Positions 9,566-20,051 of a stretch of 64,000 nt of DNA are shown piece by piece (position 1 is the stretch's first letter; each line of letters starts with the position of its first letter). The position numbers and the translations under genes were made by a program. This DNA comes from Melioribacteraceae bacterium (lineage in GTDB: Bacteria; Bacteroidota; Ignavibacteria; Ignavibacteriales; Melioribacteraceae). The stretch lies in contig JAGFIY010000029.1 in assembly GCA_024103215.1 (NCBI GenBank), forward strand, positions 20,019-84,018, written 5' to 3'. The notes under the pieces are model-generated. The model was not told the DNA's origin and did no database searches. It saw nothing but the letters and a program-made list of their open reading frames with translations.

Positions 9566-10207
9566 ATGCAATTCATAATTTTTGGTTCACCCGGAGTAGG
9601 CAAAGGTACACAAGCAAAAATTATATCCGAAAAATTAAACATTCCTCACATCTCCACAGGAGATATCCTCCGTAAAGCAATAAAAGATGAAACAGCGCTT
9701 GGAATTAAAGCTAAAGAGATTGTCGAAAAGGGAGAGCTAGTTCCTGACAAAATTATGGGCGGAATTATTCATGATAGAATAATGGATGACGATTGTAAAA
9801 ACGGATTCATTCTCGACGGTTTCCCAAGAACTTTAAATCAAGCTGAAGTTCTTGATGAAATATTAACAAAGATTAACAAAAATAATTTGATTGTGTTGAA
9901 ATTAGATGCTAAAGATTCAGTAATAATCAACAGACTATCAAGCAGACGCGGATGTTCGAACTGCGGTGCAATCGTAAATCTTGCTGATCTGAAGGAAGGA
10001 AATAAATGTCCAAAATGTGGTGCTACGGGAACACTTTTCAAACGTAAAGATGATGAAGAGAGCGTTATAAAAAATCGCCTGGAAATCTATGAAAAAACCA
10101 CTGCTCCCGTATTAGAATTTTATAAAGAAAGAAATTCAAAAGTAATTCATATCGACGGGTCACAAAGCGTAGAAGAAGTAACGAATGCTATTTTAGAACA
10201 AATTTAA
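9566..10207 (+). CDS. adk: adenylate kinase
   Basis: P-loop GSPGVGKGTQ, then ISTGDILR and DGFPRT. The LID carries a Zn-type CSNCG...CPKCG. Confidence 0.95.
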   Translation: MQFIIFGSPGVGKGTQAKIISEKLNIPHISTGDILRKAIKDETALGIKAKEIVEKGELVPDKIMGGIIHDRIMDDDCKNGFILDGFPRTLNQAEVLDEILTKINKNNLIVLKLDAKDSVIINRLSSRRGCSNCGAIVNLADLKEGNKCPKCGATGTLFKRKDDEESVIKNRLEIYEKTTAPVLEFYKERNSKVIHIDGSQSVEEVTNAILEQI

Positions 10208-10219
10208 AAAAGAAATAAT

Positions 10220-10900
10220 CTAGGATTTTTCGGTTCGTTTTTTAAGTTTAACATTAACAGCTTTCCCATCCGAAAGTTTAAAAATCTTCGCCTCAGTTTT
10301 TTTGACTAATTCATAATTATGGGTTGCAAAGATCACTGAAGTTCCTCTCCTATTTATCTTCTTTATAATTTCAAGAATCTCCGCAGATGTTTCCGGATCA
10401 AGGTTGCCTGTAGGTTCATCTGCCAACACAAGCATTGGTTCGTTAATTATTGCTCTTGCAATTGAAACTCTCTGCTGTTCTCCGCCTGAAAGCTGATTGG
10501 GATAAACATTTTGTTTATGTGAAAGTCCAACATCAGAAAGTGCGGAAATAATTTTTTTCTTTATTATTTTTTTTGGTGTTCCAGTCACTTGAAGAACAAA
10601 TGCAAGATTTTCAAATACTGTTCTTCCTTCAAGCAATTTAAAATCTTGAAAAATTACGCCAAGCTTTCTCCTTAGAAAAGGAAGATCCTTTTCTTTTATC
10701 GTTTCACTTGAGTATTCTCCAACTTGAACGCTTCCGGATGATGGTAATAAATTCATATAAATCATTTGAAGCAGAGTGGTTTTGCCCGACCCGCTTTTAC
10801 CTATCAAGAATGCAAACTCCCCCTGTCCGAGATGCAGATTTAGGTCGGTAAAAACAACTTGATTGATGTATGAAAATTCAACGTGTCTGAAAGTTAACAT
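10220..10900 (-). CDS. ftsE: cell division ATP-binding protein FtsE (ABC ATPase)
   Basis: 226 aa. Walker A GKSGSGKTT, signature LSGGEQQRVSIARA, Walker B LVLADEPTGNLDPETS. Size and motifs fit FtsE. No ftsX is adjacent. Confidence 0.7.
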   Translation of the reverse strand: MLTFRHVEFSYINQVVFTDLNLHLGQGEFAFLIGKSGSGKTTLLQMIYMNLLPSSGSVQVGEYSSETIKEKDLPFLRRKLGVIFQDFKLLEGRTVFENLAFVLQVTGTPKKIIKKKIISALSDVGLSHKQNVYPNQLSGGEQQRVSIARAIINEPMLVLADEPTGNLDPETSAEILEIIKKINRRGTSVIFATHNYELVKKTEAKIFKLSDGKAVNVKLKKRTEKS

Positions 10901-10906
10901 AATATT

Positions 10907-11623
10907 TTACTTACCCACAACGAATTGTGCCCGCTCAGATTGATGATCTACGTCCTCAAACGAAAAACAGTCGAAGCAGTCCAAAACAACTAAACCTGCA
11001 TCCTCGATAGACTCAAAATATTGTTCGAGCGGAAATATTTTTTGTACGTGTTTTTCTTCAAAAACTGAATTAGAGGAAATAATTTCAAAATTATTATAAT
11101 GAATTTTGTTCTCTTTATCATAGAAACTTTTTTGGGTATAAGCAAGTTCTCCAACTTTTCCTTTCCTGTTAAGTCTCTTTGTATTCTTTAAACTATTCTT
11201 CTCAAGAGATGCATCAAAAAGAAATACAGAATTTTTATTCATAAGAGATTTCACATTCACAAAGAAATCCGTTAATTCAGTTCTGTTCAACATGTAGTTT
11301 ATCGTATCAAATGCCGCTATTAAGACTTCAAATTTTTTATTAAATGAACTTTTTTTCATGTCACAGCATACTTTTACGAAATTATGCTGAATTTTATTCT
11401 CTAAAAGCATATCAAGACTTAAATCTGTTGCCACAAATAATGTGAATTTCCTTGAGAGATTTTCACTGATTTTGCAAGTTCCTGCCCCAAACTCCAATGC
11501 AGAAGTGAATTTACAATCTCGTTCAATCAATATATCTTGCAAATATTCAGACCATTCTTTATAATCGATTGATTTCATCAAATGATCATAAATTGATGCA
11601 ACTGCACGATAATTTGGATTCAT
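10907..11623 (-). CDS. class I SAM-dependent methyltransferase
   Basis: Motif I ALEFGAGTCKIS, followed by VATDLS. 4-nt overlap with pdxA. Confidence 0.65.
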   Translation of the reverse strand: MNPNYRAVASIYDHLMKSIDYKEWSEYLQDILIERDCKFTSALEFGAGTCKISENLSRKFTLFVATDLSLDMLLENKIQHNFVKVCCDMKKSSFNKKFEVLIAAFDTINYMLNRTELTDFFVNVKSLMNKNSVFLFDASLEKNSLKNTKRLNRKGKVGELAYTQKSFYDKENKIHYNNFEIISSNSVFEEKHVQKIFPLEQYFESIEDAGLVVLDCFDCFSFEDVDHQSERAQFVVGK

Positions 11624-12597
11624 TGGTTATTCAAGTTTCGGTTGGAGACAATTGTTTCGGCTAGATTAAATGCTGCTAAAAAACTTCTCTCATCAGCAAT
11701 CCCCTTCCCCGCAATATCAAAAGCAGTTCCATGATCAGGCGAAGTTCTAACCACCGGAAGACCGGCAGTGAAATTAACTCCACTCGAAAAATTCATCATT
11801 TTAAATGGGATCAAAACCTGATCGTGATAACAACCTATGATAAGATCATACTTTTTGTAAAGTTTCAAACCGAAAAATGCATCAGGTACGAAAGGACCTT
11901 CGACGCCCTTCGAAATATATTTTTGAATTACCGGTTTGAAAATATTTTCTTCTTCATCCGAGATCACACCATTTTCGCCTGCGTGCGGATTCAATCCAAG
12001 CAGCGCAATTTTTGGTGAGGCAATTCCAAAATCTTTTTTTAAAGTACTTAGCGAAAGCTGAATAAATTCATCCAACTTTTCATAAGTAATTAAATTCGAG
12101 ACTTGTTTCAGCGGGACGTGAATTGTTAAAAGTGCGGTGTTAAATTCACCTCCTGCGAAGAACATTCCGAAATTTTTCTCACCAAAATGATCGGCGAGAA
12201 GTTCAGTATGTCCCGGGAAATTGATACCTACTTTTTCAAATGATTTTTTAGAAATAGGAGCGGTAACTATCGATTCAATAATTCCTTTATCGAAGAGCTC
12301 CAGTGCTTGTTTAATTGATTGAAATGACGTTCTCCCGCTTTCAGCAGTTGGCACTCCTAATTCAAGTCGTGTGTGCTCAAGTGGGAAAATAAAAATTCCA
12401 CCTGAAGTTTGAACCGTATTTGTTTCTACAAATTTATAAGAAAATTGAATAGGAACAATTTCACTATAAAATTCTAAAACATTTTTTGGTATTATAAAAA
12501 AGATACTGTGTTTGTTTGAATCAATTTTGTTGAGAGCTTTAAGAATCAGTTCAGGCCCAATTCCATTTACATCGCCACAAGTTATTGCCGTTTTCAT
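11620..12597 (-). CDS. pdxA: 4-hydroxythreonine-4-phosphate dehydrogenase PdxA
   Basis: MKTAITCGDVNGIGPE, GHTE, NPHAGENG, YHDQVLIPFK and RTSPDHGTAFDIAGKG. Confidence 0.9.
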   Translation of the reverse strand: MKTAITCGDVNGIGPELILKALNKIDSNKHSIFFIIPKNVLEFYSEIVPIQFSYKFVETNTVQTSGGIFIFPLEHTRLELGVPTAESGRTSFQSIKQALELFDKGIIESIVTAPISKKSFEKVGINFPGHTELLADHFGEKNFGMFFAGGEFNTALLTIHVPLKQVSNLITYEKLDEFIQLSLSTLKKDFGIASPKIALLGLNPHAGENGVISDEEENIFKPVIQKYISKGVEGPFVPDAFFGLKLYKKYDLIIGCYHDQVLIPFKMMNFSSGVNFTAGLPVVRTSPDHGTAFDIAGKGIADERSFLAAFNLAETIVSNRNLNNQ

Positions 12598-13862
12598 TAT
12601 TGTTTTATCAGCTTAAAATTTCCCATTCCAGTTTTATCTTTAAAATAAAACTTAAGATCAATTTTATTATAACTCCATATTTCAATAATCTCGTTTGATT
12701 CGGAGTAAGTACGTTGTCTATTATCCGGAGTACCGTAAAGAACATAAATTTTTCCAAAGTCTGTTTTCAAACCATTAGGTTCATCAATGTTTGAGAACTC
12801 CACAACAGCATAGTCTACTCTTTGGTAAAACTCATTCATTACAGGATTGAACGGAGTCGTGATGTCCGGATCATATTCTTTAAAATAATCTTTTATTCCT
12901 CGCAGTTTGTCCCGATCATCAAGCGACGTGATTTTTGAGATAGATTCATCATCAGCAATCAATTCTAGTGCATCAACTGCGATTTCAATATTACCGAGTG
13001 AACGGGGTTTATCGAGCCAGAATGTCTCTATCTTGTAATTGTGTTTTTTATCTTCAAAAGACAACACTACATCCGCGAATCCTTCATCAAGATATTTACT
13101 GATACCATCAACAAAAACAAAATTATACTTCAATTCGGATCCATCAATTTTAACGGCTAGGTCGTTATCACAGCTTTCCAGCAATAAACTACCCTGCCCG
13201 GAACTTTTATAGAATTTATTGCTAATCGACTTCCCGTTTTGAATAAATTCAATAGATACCTCATCATAATTATTTGGAACAGTGAATAAGATTATATTAC
13301 CGTACTCGCCGAACAGCAAAGTATTTCTAAAGTTCAAAAGTTTAGTCAGTGTATCGGAATTACAAATTAAACTTTCTGAATCAATAACAATTGGTTTGAT
13401 CAACGAATCTTCCGACGATAGACTAAGCGGCAGTTGTCGCAGTTTAAACTCTTGATTAGTATTTTCAAGTTTTATAAATGGTCTTAGATTGTACTTACCT
13501 TCTTCCAATTCAAATTCAATAATTCCGTTTACAAAATTTTCTTTCGATTCGGTCAATTCGTAATCGGCAACACTTATATTTTTCTTATCACTCCCTCTGA
13601 AAACAACTTTATCATCGCCCATCACTTCTATATTGAATGTTAATCCGGAATTGAATAAACCGTTTGTCTTAACGAAGAATAGGTTATTATACCCTATTTT
13701 GTAAGTAAAATAAATCTTAAATGAGTCGTTCGAAGGAATCACAATAGAATCGTAGAATAATACCTCACGGGGTCTTTCTGGCACATTAGTTCCTCTATGC
13801 CTTTGTTGTGCAGAGATACTGAATACAACACCAAGAAGAATTACTATAGTAAATAATCTCAA
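12597..13862 (-). CDS. GWxTD-domain-like secreted protein
   Basis: Signal peptide MRLFTIVILLGVVFSISAQQ. The C-terminal region NGLKTDFGKIYVLYGTPDNRQR...IWSY resembles the GWxTD domain, with W replaced by L. Confidence 0.5.
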   Translation of the reverse strand: MRLFTIVILLGVVFSISAQQRHRGTNVPERPREVLFYDSIVIPSNDSFKIYFTYKIGYNNLFFVKTNGLFNSGLTFNIEVMGDDKVVFRGSDKKNISVADYELTESKENFVNGIIEFELEEGKYNLRPFIKLENTNQEFKLRQLPLSLSSEDSLIKPIVIDSESLICNSDTLTKLLNFRNTLLFGEYGNIILFTVPNNYDEVSIEFIQNGKSISNKFYKSSGQGSLLLESCDNDLAVKIDGSELKYNFVFVDGISKYLDEGFADVVLSFEDKKHNYKIETFWLDKPRSLGNIEIAVDALELIADDESISKITSLDDRDKLRGIKDYFKEYDPDITTPFNPVMNEFYQRVDYAVVEFSNIDEPNGLKTDFGKIYVLYGTPDNRQRTYSESNEIIEIWSYNKIDLKFYFKDKTGMGNFKLIKQ

Positions 13863-13918
13863 TTTTCTTGAAACGATATTTTGAATGGATAAGTTAATTC
13901 GAGTGCGAATAAATTTAG

Positions 13919-15172
13919 TTAACTATTCATGCTCATTAAAAACTCTTTGTTGTTTTTTGTACCACGGATCTTATCGAGAAGGAATTCCATAGCTTCGATA
14001 GAATCAAAATCACTTAATATTTTCCTCAATATCCAAACTTTATTAAGTTCCTCTTCGGTAAGAAGAAGTTCTTCTTTTCTTGTACCGGATTTATTGACAT
14101 CAATTGCGGGGAAAATTCTTCTATCGGATAAATCTCTATCAAGAAGAAGTTCCATGTTTCCGGTGCCTTTGAACTCTTCAAAAATCACCTCGTCCATCCT
14201 GCTTCCGGTTTCAATCAATGCTGTTGCAATTATCGTCAAACTTCCCCCGTCTTCGGTATTTCTTGCCGAACCGAAAAATCTTTTGGGTTTGTGAAGTGCA
14301 TTCGAATCAACACCACCGGAAAGAATTCTTCCACTATGAGGAATAACGGTGTTATGGGCTCTTGCTAATCTTGTTATACTATCCAGCAGAATTACGACAT
14401 CATCTCCAGCTTCGACCATTCTTTTTGCTTTTTCGATAACCATGTTTGCTACCTGAACATGTCTTTCTGCAGGCTCGTCGAATGTTGAGCTTATCACTTC
14501 CGCTTGAACAGATCTTTGCATATCTGTAACTTCTTCGGGTCTTTCGTCAATAAGCAAAAGTATCATTTTAATTTCGGGATGGTTTCGTGTAATCGAATTC
14601 GCAATTTTCTGCAGAAGAATTGTTTTTCCGCTTTTAGGAGGAGATACGATCAACCCTCGTTGTCCTTTTCCAATCGGAGAAAGTAAATCCATAATTCTCA
14701 TGGAATGTTCACCTGGAGAGGATTCTAATTTAATCCTCTTGGTTGGATACAAAGGAGTCAAATTATCGAAAAGAGTCCGTTCTCTAATTCCCTCAGGATC
14801 GTTGTTGTTTACTGCTTCTACACGTAAAAGCGCAAAAAATCTTTCCCCTTCTTTTGGAGGTCGAACTTGACCACTGACAAAGTCCCCTGTCCTTAAACTG
14901 AAACGTTTAATCTGCGACGGGGAAACATAAATGTCATCCGGTGAAGGAAGATAATTGTAATCGGAAGATCTCAAGAATCCATAACCGTCCTGAAGTACCT
15001 CTAACACACCTTTTGAAAAGGTTAGTCCATCTTTTTTAGTTTGGGCTTCAAGAATTTTAAATATCAATTCCTGTTTTCTGAGATCGCTATAGTTTTGAAG
15101 GCTGAGATCCTTCGCGATTTTGTGCAAATCGACAATTTTTTTCTTCTGAAGTTCTGATATATCCATCGGCAT
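13919..15172 (-). CDS. rho: transcription termination factor Rho
   Basis: 417 aa. Rho N-terminal and CSD-like RNA-binding region (GYGFLR), P-loop PPKSGKT, and RLARAHN. Confidence 0.95.
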   Translation of the reverse strand: MPMDISELQKKKIVDLHKIAKDLSLQNYSDLRKQELIFKILEAQTKKDGLTFSKGVLEVLQDGYGFLRSSDYNYLPSPDDIYVSPSQIKRFSLRTGDFVSGQVRPPKEGERFFALLRVEAVNNNDPEGIRERTLFDNLTPLYPTKRIKLESSPGEHSMRIMDLLSPIGKGQRGLIVSPPKSGKTILLQKIANSITRNHPEIKMILLLIDERPEEVTDMQRSVQAEVISSTFDEPAERHVQVANMVIEKAKRMVEAGDDVVILLDSITRLARAHNTVIPHSGRILSGGVDSNALHKPKRFFGSARNTEDGGSLTIIATALIETGSRMDEVIFEEFKGTGNMELLLDRDLSDRRIFPAIDVNKSGTRKEELLLTEEELNKVWILRKILSDFDSIEAMEFLLDKIRGTKNNKEFLMSMNS

Positions 15173-15327
15173 AGGTGAGTCCTGGAAATTAGTTTGTAAA
15201 AATTTGGTTTATATTCAACTTATTTTTTTTGGGAAATACTATAAGATTATGTCAACTGTTTTGTAATATAGATCTTGCGAAAGGAACAAGAGGTTCATTG
15301 AAAACTTAGTCTAAAATGTTAAAAATG

Positions 15328-16590
15328 TCAAGATATTTTTGTTTCAAGACCATTGAGAATTTCACCTAGCAAATATATACTCCCTAGAACAACAAGACAA
15401 TCATCAGACTTTTTTTCCAAAAATTCGCTTATAATATCCACCGGATTATGATGCACATGTGTATTTAATCCAAGATCTTCCGCAATTTTTTTAAGTTGAA
15501 TAACAGGCATTGCTCTTTCATAATGTGAAGTTGTTAGATAAATTTGATCGAAATAATGTGCAATTATTCCAAGCATTTGCTTAACATCTTTATCCTTCAT
15601 TGCTCCGAATATTAAACTTTTCTTTTCGCATTTTCCCGATACTTCATCAAATGATTCTGCAAAAGCTTGAACGCTTTCAACATTATGGGCTGCATCAAGA
15701 ATTATTTTCGGTTTTTCTGATATATATTCAAACCTGCATCTTAAACCAGAATTTGTAATTACACGATCTATTCCAGCAAATATTGTTGTATTATCAATTT
15801 TAGAGAATGTTATTCGAACCGTCAGAATAGCTAATGTTGCGTTAATAAATTGATGATAACCAGCAAGAGGTGTTTTGTAAATATTGAACTGTTCATCATC
15901 TATTTCTAACGAAACTGATTTTTTCATTCTTCTCGTAAAATCCCTCAACTCAAACAAATTGGAGTTAAGTTGAGAGCAAGTTTCTCTAATAACATTCGAC
16001 GCTTCATCATTAAGTAGTCCGACAAAAGTATTCCCATCTCTTTTGATGATTCCAGCCTTTTCCGCAGTAATTTTATTTATTTCTTTGCCGAGAATATTTG
16101 AATGTTCATCGCTGATAGTTGTGATTACGGAGCAGAGCGGACTTAATGTATTTGTTGCATCGAGTCTTCCGCCAAGTCCAGTTTCAATCACCCCAACATC
16201 AATTTTCATCTCCGAAAAATACTTAAATGCAAGTGCTGTAGTAATCTCAAAAAATGATGGTTCTTCTTTTCTAATGAAATGATCTAGTTCTTTGATGAAT
16301 TCAATTATAAATTCATCGGGTACGGTACTGCTGTTTATTCTTATTCTTTCGTTAAATTTTTGAAGGTGAGGCGAAGTATAAAGTCCGGTTTTATATCCTG
16401 CTTCTATCAAAATGCTCGAAATGAAAGATGCTGTACTTCCCTTTCCGTTTGAACCAGCAATATGAATTGACTGAAAATCTCTTTCAGGATTTCCTAAATA
16501 AGCTAAAAGCTTTTCAATCCTTTCCAAACCAAGTTTAATGTGAAACTGATGCATCGAATAGATGCGCTCAAGAGTGCTTTCGATGTTCAT
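15328..16590 (-). CDS. folC: bifunctional folylpolyglutamate synthase/dihydrofolate synthase
   Basis: HIAGSNGKGST P-loop and Mur ligase family layout. The start is placed at MNIES (16590), which abuts the pyrD stop instead of overlapping it by 32 nt. Confidence 0.85.
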   Translation of the reverse strand: MNIESTLERIYSMHQFHIKLGLERIEKLLAYLGNPERDFQSIHIAGSNGKGSTASFISSILIEAGYKTGLYTSPHLQKFNERIRINSSTVPDEFIIEFIKELDHFIRKEEPSFFEITTALAFKYFSEMKIDVGVIETGLGGRLDATNTLSPLCSVITTISDEHSNILGKEINKITAEKAGIIKRDGNTFVGLLNDEASNVIRETCSQLNSNLFELRDFTRRMKKSVSLEIDDEQFNIYKTPLAGYHQFINATLAILTVRITFSKIDNTTIFAGIDRVITNSGLRCRFEYISEKPKIILDAAHNVESVQAFAESFDEVSGKCEKKSLIFGAMKDKDVKQMLGIIAHYFDQIYLTTSHYERAMPVIQLKKIAEDLGLNTHVHHNPVDIISEFLEKKSDDCLVVLGSIYLLGEILNGLETKIS

Positions 16591-16591
16591 C

Positions 16592-17506
16592 TTAAAGTTG
16601 ATAACTCGCGGTAAGGGATGCAATTTTTGAGATATTCATTTTTGTGCAAAAGTCTGTCAAGCCGTCCAAGATTTCCATCCCGGCGTTTGGGTTTATAAAA
16701 TTAACGGTTCCTATTTGAATTGCAGATGCACCTGCGATCATAAATTCAACAGCATCTTCCCAGTTCATTATCCCGCCTATTCCGATAATGGGAATATCAA
16801 CGTTTCTGCTTATCTCCAATACTTTGACAAGTGCAACCGGTTTAATTGCCGGACCAGACAATCCGCCGGTAATGTTTTGTAATTTTGGCTTTCTTGTGTT
16901 TATGTTGAAAGATGTTCCAACCAAGGTATTAATTGCAGAAACCGCATCAGCACCGGCTGATTTAGCAGCTTGAGCAAATAATTTTATGTCGGATGTATTG
17001 GGAGATAATTTTATTATAAGAGGTTTTTCTGTTGCATTCCTTGTTCGATCTGTGATTTTTCTTACTGCTTCAATATCGTTTCCGAAGATTAGTCCACCCT
17101 CTTTTACGTTCGGACACGATACATTGATTTCAAATCCCTTTATAACTTCTTGATGATCCAAAATTTTCACGCATTGAACATATTCTTCAATTGATCCGGC
17201 AGCTATGTTGCAAATCACTGTTGAATTTACTTTTTCGAGAAATGGAATTTTTTCTTCTATAAATTTTTCAACTCCGACATTGGCAAGACCGATTGCATTC
17301 AGCATACCGGCAGGAGTCTCAACAATCCTCTGCGGAGGGTTTCCTTTTCTTTGTTTAAGAGAAACTGATTTGGTAACTATCGCACCTATCTTGCTCAAAT
17401 CCGTGAACTCGGAAATCTCGTTGCCGTAACCAACAGTTCCCGATGCAAGTATAACTGGATTCTTTAATTTTAATTTCCCTATGGAAACACTTAAATCCGG
17501 AATCAT
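16592..17506 (-). CDS. pyrD: dihydroorotate dehydrogenase, class 1B catalytic subunit
   Basis: 304 aa. NPVILASGT, NVSCPN and GIGGI motifs. Translationally coupled to pyrK by a 4-nt overlap. Confidence 0.9.
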   Translation of the reverse strand: MIPDLSVSIGKLKLKNPVILASGTVGYGNEISEFTDLSKIGAIVTKSVSLKQRKGNPPQRIVETPAGMLNAIGLANVGVEKFIEEKIPFLEKVNSTVICNIAAGSIEEYVQCVKILDHQEVIKGFEINVSCPNVKEGGLIFGNDIEAVRKITDRTRNATEKPLIIKLSPNTSDIKLFAQAAKSAGADAVSAINTLVGTSFNINTRKPKLQNITGGLSGPAIKPVALVKVLEISRNVDIPIIGIGGIMNWEDAVEFMIAGASAIQIGTVNFINPNAGMEILDGLTDFCTKMNISKIASLTASYQL

Positions 17507-18258
17507 AAAATAATATCCTCTGCATTAAAGACGGGACCATCCTTGCAAACAAGTTTGTATGTTTCATGATCATGAGATGATTCGATAGGGCATCCTTGAC
17601 AAATGCCGAATCCGCAAGCCATTGCACATTCTGTCGCCATTTGACATTCGATGTTAGTCTCTTTAACAAAGGATTGAAGCGCTTTCAGCATTGGAGTGGG
17701 ACCGCAAGCGAAAATTCTTGATTTTCCTGTTACATCTGGAAAAATTGATTTGAGCAGATCAAGTACGTTACCTTTCAATCCTAGCGATCCATCATCCGTA
17801 CAGGTATGAACATTTTTCATTCCATAAGTTATAACATCGTTTTTATTTCTTCCTCCAATTAATGTTATAATATTTTTATTGGAAAGATGTTTTGTAAGAA
17901 AAGGGAACGGAGCAGCCCCAAGTCCTCCACCCATGATAATAGCGTTATCATAATTTCCATCCACTTCAAATCCATGACCTAACGGACCAAGCAAATCGAT
18001 AGGCTCACCCTTAGCTTTTGTAGAAAGAAACTTTGTGCCTTGTCCATGAATGTTGAACATAAAGTAAACATAATCACCTTCAACATCACAGATACTGAAT
18101 GGTCTTCTAAGCAGTGGGAAATATCCATCAGTCACCTTTATGTTAACAAATTGTCCAGGGTAGCTCTTTCTAACAAGATCAGGTGAATAAGCCTTTAATA
18201 AGTAAATGTTAGACTGAAGATTTGCAACACTATCAATCTGAGCGCGACTAATTATCAA
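17503..18258 (-). CDS. pyrK: dihydroorotate dehydrogenase electron transfer subunit
   Basis: FAD/NAD-binding ferredoxin reductase fold (RRPFSI) plus a C-terminal 2Fe-2S Cys cluster CAMACGFGICQGC...C. Confidence 0.85.
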   Translation of the reverse strand: MIISRAQIDSVANLQSNIYLLKAYSPDLVRKSYPGQFVNIKVTDGYFPLLRRPFSICDVEGDYVYFMFNIHGQGTKFLSTKAKGEPIDLLGPLGHGFEVDGNYDNAIIMGGGLGAAPFPFLTKHLSNKNIITLIGGRNKNDVITYGMKNVHTCTDDGSLGLKGNVLDLLKSIFPDVTGKSRIFACGPTPMLKALQSFVKETNIECQMATECAMACGFGICQGCPIESSHDHETYKLVCKDGPVFNAEDIIL

Positions 18259-18319
18259 GATTCTGCTTTCGTAATTTTTAGAATTGTATTTTGAAATTTA
18301 TTTATACTATGACATTAAC

Positions 18320-18970
18320 TCAAGAAAGGTTTTCCCTTTTCAAAAATTTATTTTCTAATTGAGTTATTTTGTCAAGCCTTCGTTGATGTCTTTCACCTAA
18401 AAAACTGGAATTAAACCATGTACTTAAAATTGATTTCGCCGTTTCTTCACCGATGGCTTTTGCACCAAGTACCAAAACATTTGCATTATTGTGTTCGCGA
18501 GCTGACCTAGCCGAAAACTCATTATAGCAAGTTGCTGCACGAATACCCGGTATTTTATTTGCAGTTATGGAAGAGGGAATCCCGGTTGCATCGATCATTA
18601 TCCCGAAATCTACTTTTTTAAGAGCAGTAAGCTTTCCTACTTCAATTGCAAAATCAGGATAGTCGCAGGAATCCTTAGAATTAGTTCCTACGTCAATAAT
18701 TGTATGATTTAATTTCTCTATTTCTTTTTTAATAGTTCCCTTTAACTCAAAACCAGTATGATCCGAACCAATTGCAATCACTAATTTATCGTTTGGTGCT
18801 CTTACAAATTCATCCTTTGGTTCAGTGTCCCCAAATATTACTTGAATTTTAGAACTGTTGATTCTATCCTTTGCAAGCGGTGTTAAGAGAGAATCTTTCG
18901 GTAAAGTGATCGATGTAGCACCTTCCTTAATTAAATCAATAATATCTTGTTCGGTAATTAGTTTTTTCAT
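18320..18970 (-). CDS. rpiB: ribose-5-phosphate isomerase B (RpiB/LacAB family) with an extra ~65-aa N-terminal region
   Basis: The core VIAIGSDHTGFELK...GTNSKDSCDYPDF...GIMIDATGIPSSITANK...HNNANVLVLGA matches RpiB. Residues 1-65 have no counterpart in typical ~150-aa RpiB proteins. Confidence 0.8.
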   Translation of the reverse strand: MKKLITEQDIIDLIKEGATSITLPKDSLLTPLAKDRINSSKIQVIFGDTEPKDEFVRAPNDKLVIAIGSDHTGFELKGTIKKEIEKLNHTIIDVGTNSKDSCDYPDFAIEVGKLTALKKVDFGIMIDATGIPSSITANKIPGIRAATCYNEFSARSAREHNNANVLVLGAKAIGEETAKSILSTWFNSSFLGERHQRRLDKITQLENKFLKRENLS

Positions 18971-18976
18971 CAGATA

Positions 18977-20044
18977 CTATAAAAGTTCGTCTCGGTTATT
19001 CATTTTTAAATAATCAACCACAAGTTTAACGTCTTGCGCATTTTTTCTATCGCAAATTAACAATGAATCTTCGGTGTTAATAATAATCAAATTTTCAACA
19101 CCGATAACAGCAGTAAACTTTTTATCAGAGAAAATATAAGAGTTCTTTGTTGATGAATCAAACACATCGCCTGAAATTGAATTCTCGTAGTGATTTTTAT
19201 CGCTTAGTTGATAAACAGTTTCCCAACTACCGACATCGCTCCAACCGAAATCACCCTTTACTAAATAAACGTGTTTTGATTTTTCCATAATTCCGTAATC
19301 TATCGAAATGCTTCTTACCTGTCCGTATACCTTTCTCAGTTCCGTATAAAAATCATCAGTGTCAATACTTTTACTTAATCGAATTAATCCTTCGTGAAGA
19401 TCAGGCATTAATGCTTTCATTTCATTCAGAATAGAGTCTGCACGCCAGATGAACATGCCGGAATTCCAAAGGAAGTCACCGGATTCTAAAAACCTTTGAG
19501 CAGTATTTAAATTAGGTTTTTCAGCAAAGGATTTAACTGCAAAGACACCTTTATCAACACCGTTTTCGAGGTATTGAATGTAACCATAACCGGTTTCAGG
19601 TCTTGTCGGTTCTATTCCGATTGTAACTAATCCGTCGGATGATTCAGCAAATTTAACCGCAGTCCTAATGACCTTTTGAAATTTTTTAACGTCCGGAATA
19701 AGATGATCTGCCGGGAGAATAATTAGGACTCCTTCCGGATCTTTATGCTTTATTATTGTTGCAGCTAATCCAATGCAAGGTGCGGTGTTTTTCCCGAATG
19801 GTTCGGCAATAATATTTTCTTCAGGAATTTTACTCAATTGTTCTTTTATTTTTTCTGATTGTTCTTCGTTTGTGATAACGAATATATTTTTATCGGGAAC
19901 TAATCCTTCTAATCTCCCAACGGTTTCTTGAATCATTGTTTGGTTGCCGAAAATTTTTAACAACTGTTTTGGTGTGGCTTTTCTGCTGCGCGGCCAAAAT
20001 CTTGAGCCAACACCCCCAGCCATTATCACTGCATATAAATTCAT
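18977..20044 (-). CDS. mannose-1-phosphate guanylyltransferase (no isomerase domain)
   Basis: N-terminal AVIMAGGVGSRFWPRSRKATPKQLL nucleotidyltransferase motif; 355 aa. Confidence 0.85.
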   Translation of the reverse strand: MNLYAVIMAGGVGSRFWPRSRKATPKQLLKIFGNQTMIQETVGRLEGLVPDKNIFVITNEEQSEKIKEQLSKIPEENIIAEPFGKNTAPCIGLAATIIKHKDPEGVLIILPADHLIPDVKKFQKVIRTAVKFAESSDGLVTIGIEPTRPETGYGYIQYLENGVDKGVFAVKSFAEKPNLNTAQRFLESGDFLWNSGMFIWRADSILNEMKALMPDLHEGLIRLSKSIDTDDFYTELRKVYGQVRSISIDYGIMEKSKHVYLVKGDFGWSDVGSWETVYQLSDKNHYENSISGDVFDSSTKNSYIFSDKKFTAVIGVENLIIINTEDSLLICDRKNAQDVKLVVDYLKMNNRDELL

Positions 20045-20051
20045 ATTAATC

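Noticed and set aside
15173-15327. 155-nt leader upstream of rho, inspected for an attenuator, riboswitch or other structure
   Set aside because: Only weak 4-bp AT-rich hairpins were visible. I could not define a convincing promoter or structure by eye.
17355-17669. 104-aa minus-strand ORF spanning the pyrK/pyrD junction. Also 35411-35611 within cox I and 49715-49909 within the TPR gene.
   Set aside because: These are alternative-frame ORFs inside confidently assigned genes on the same strand. Nothing supports overlapping coding.
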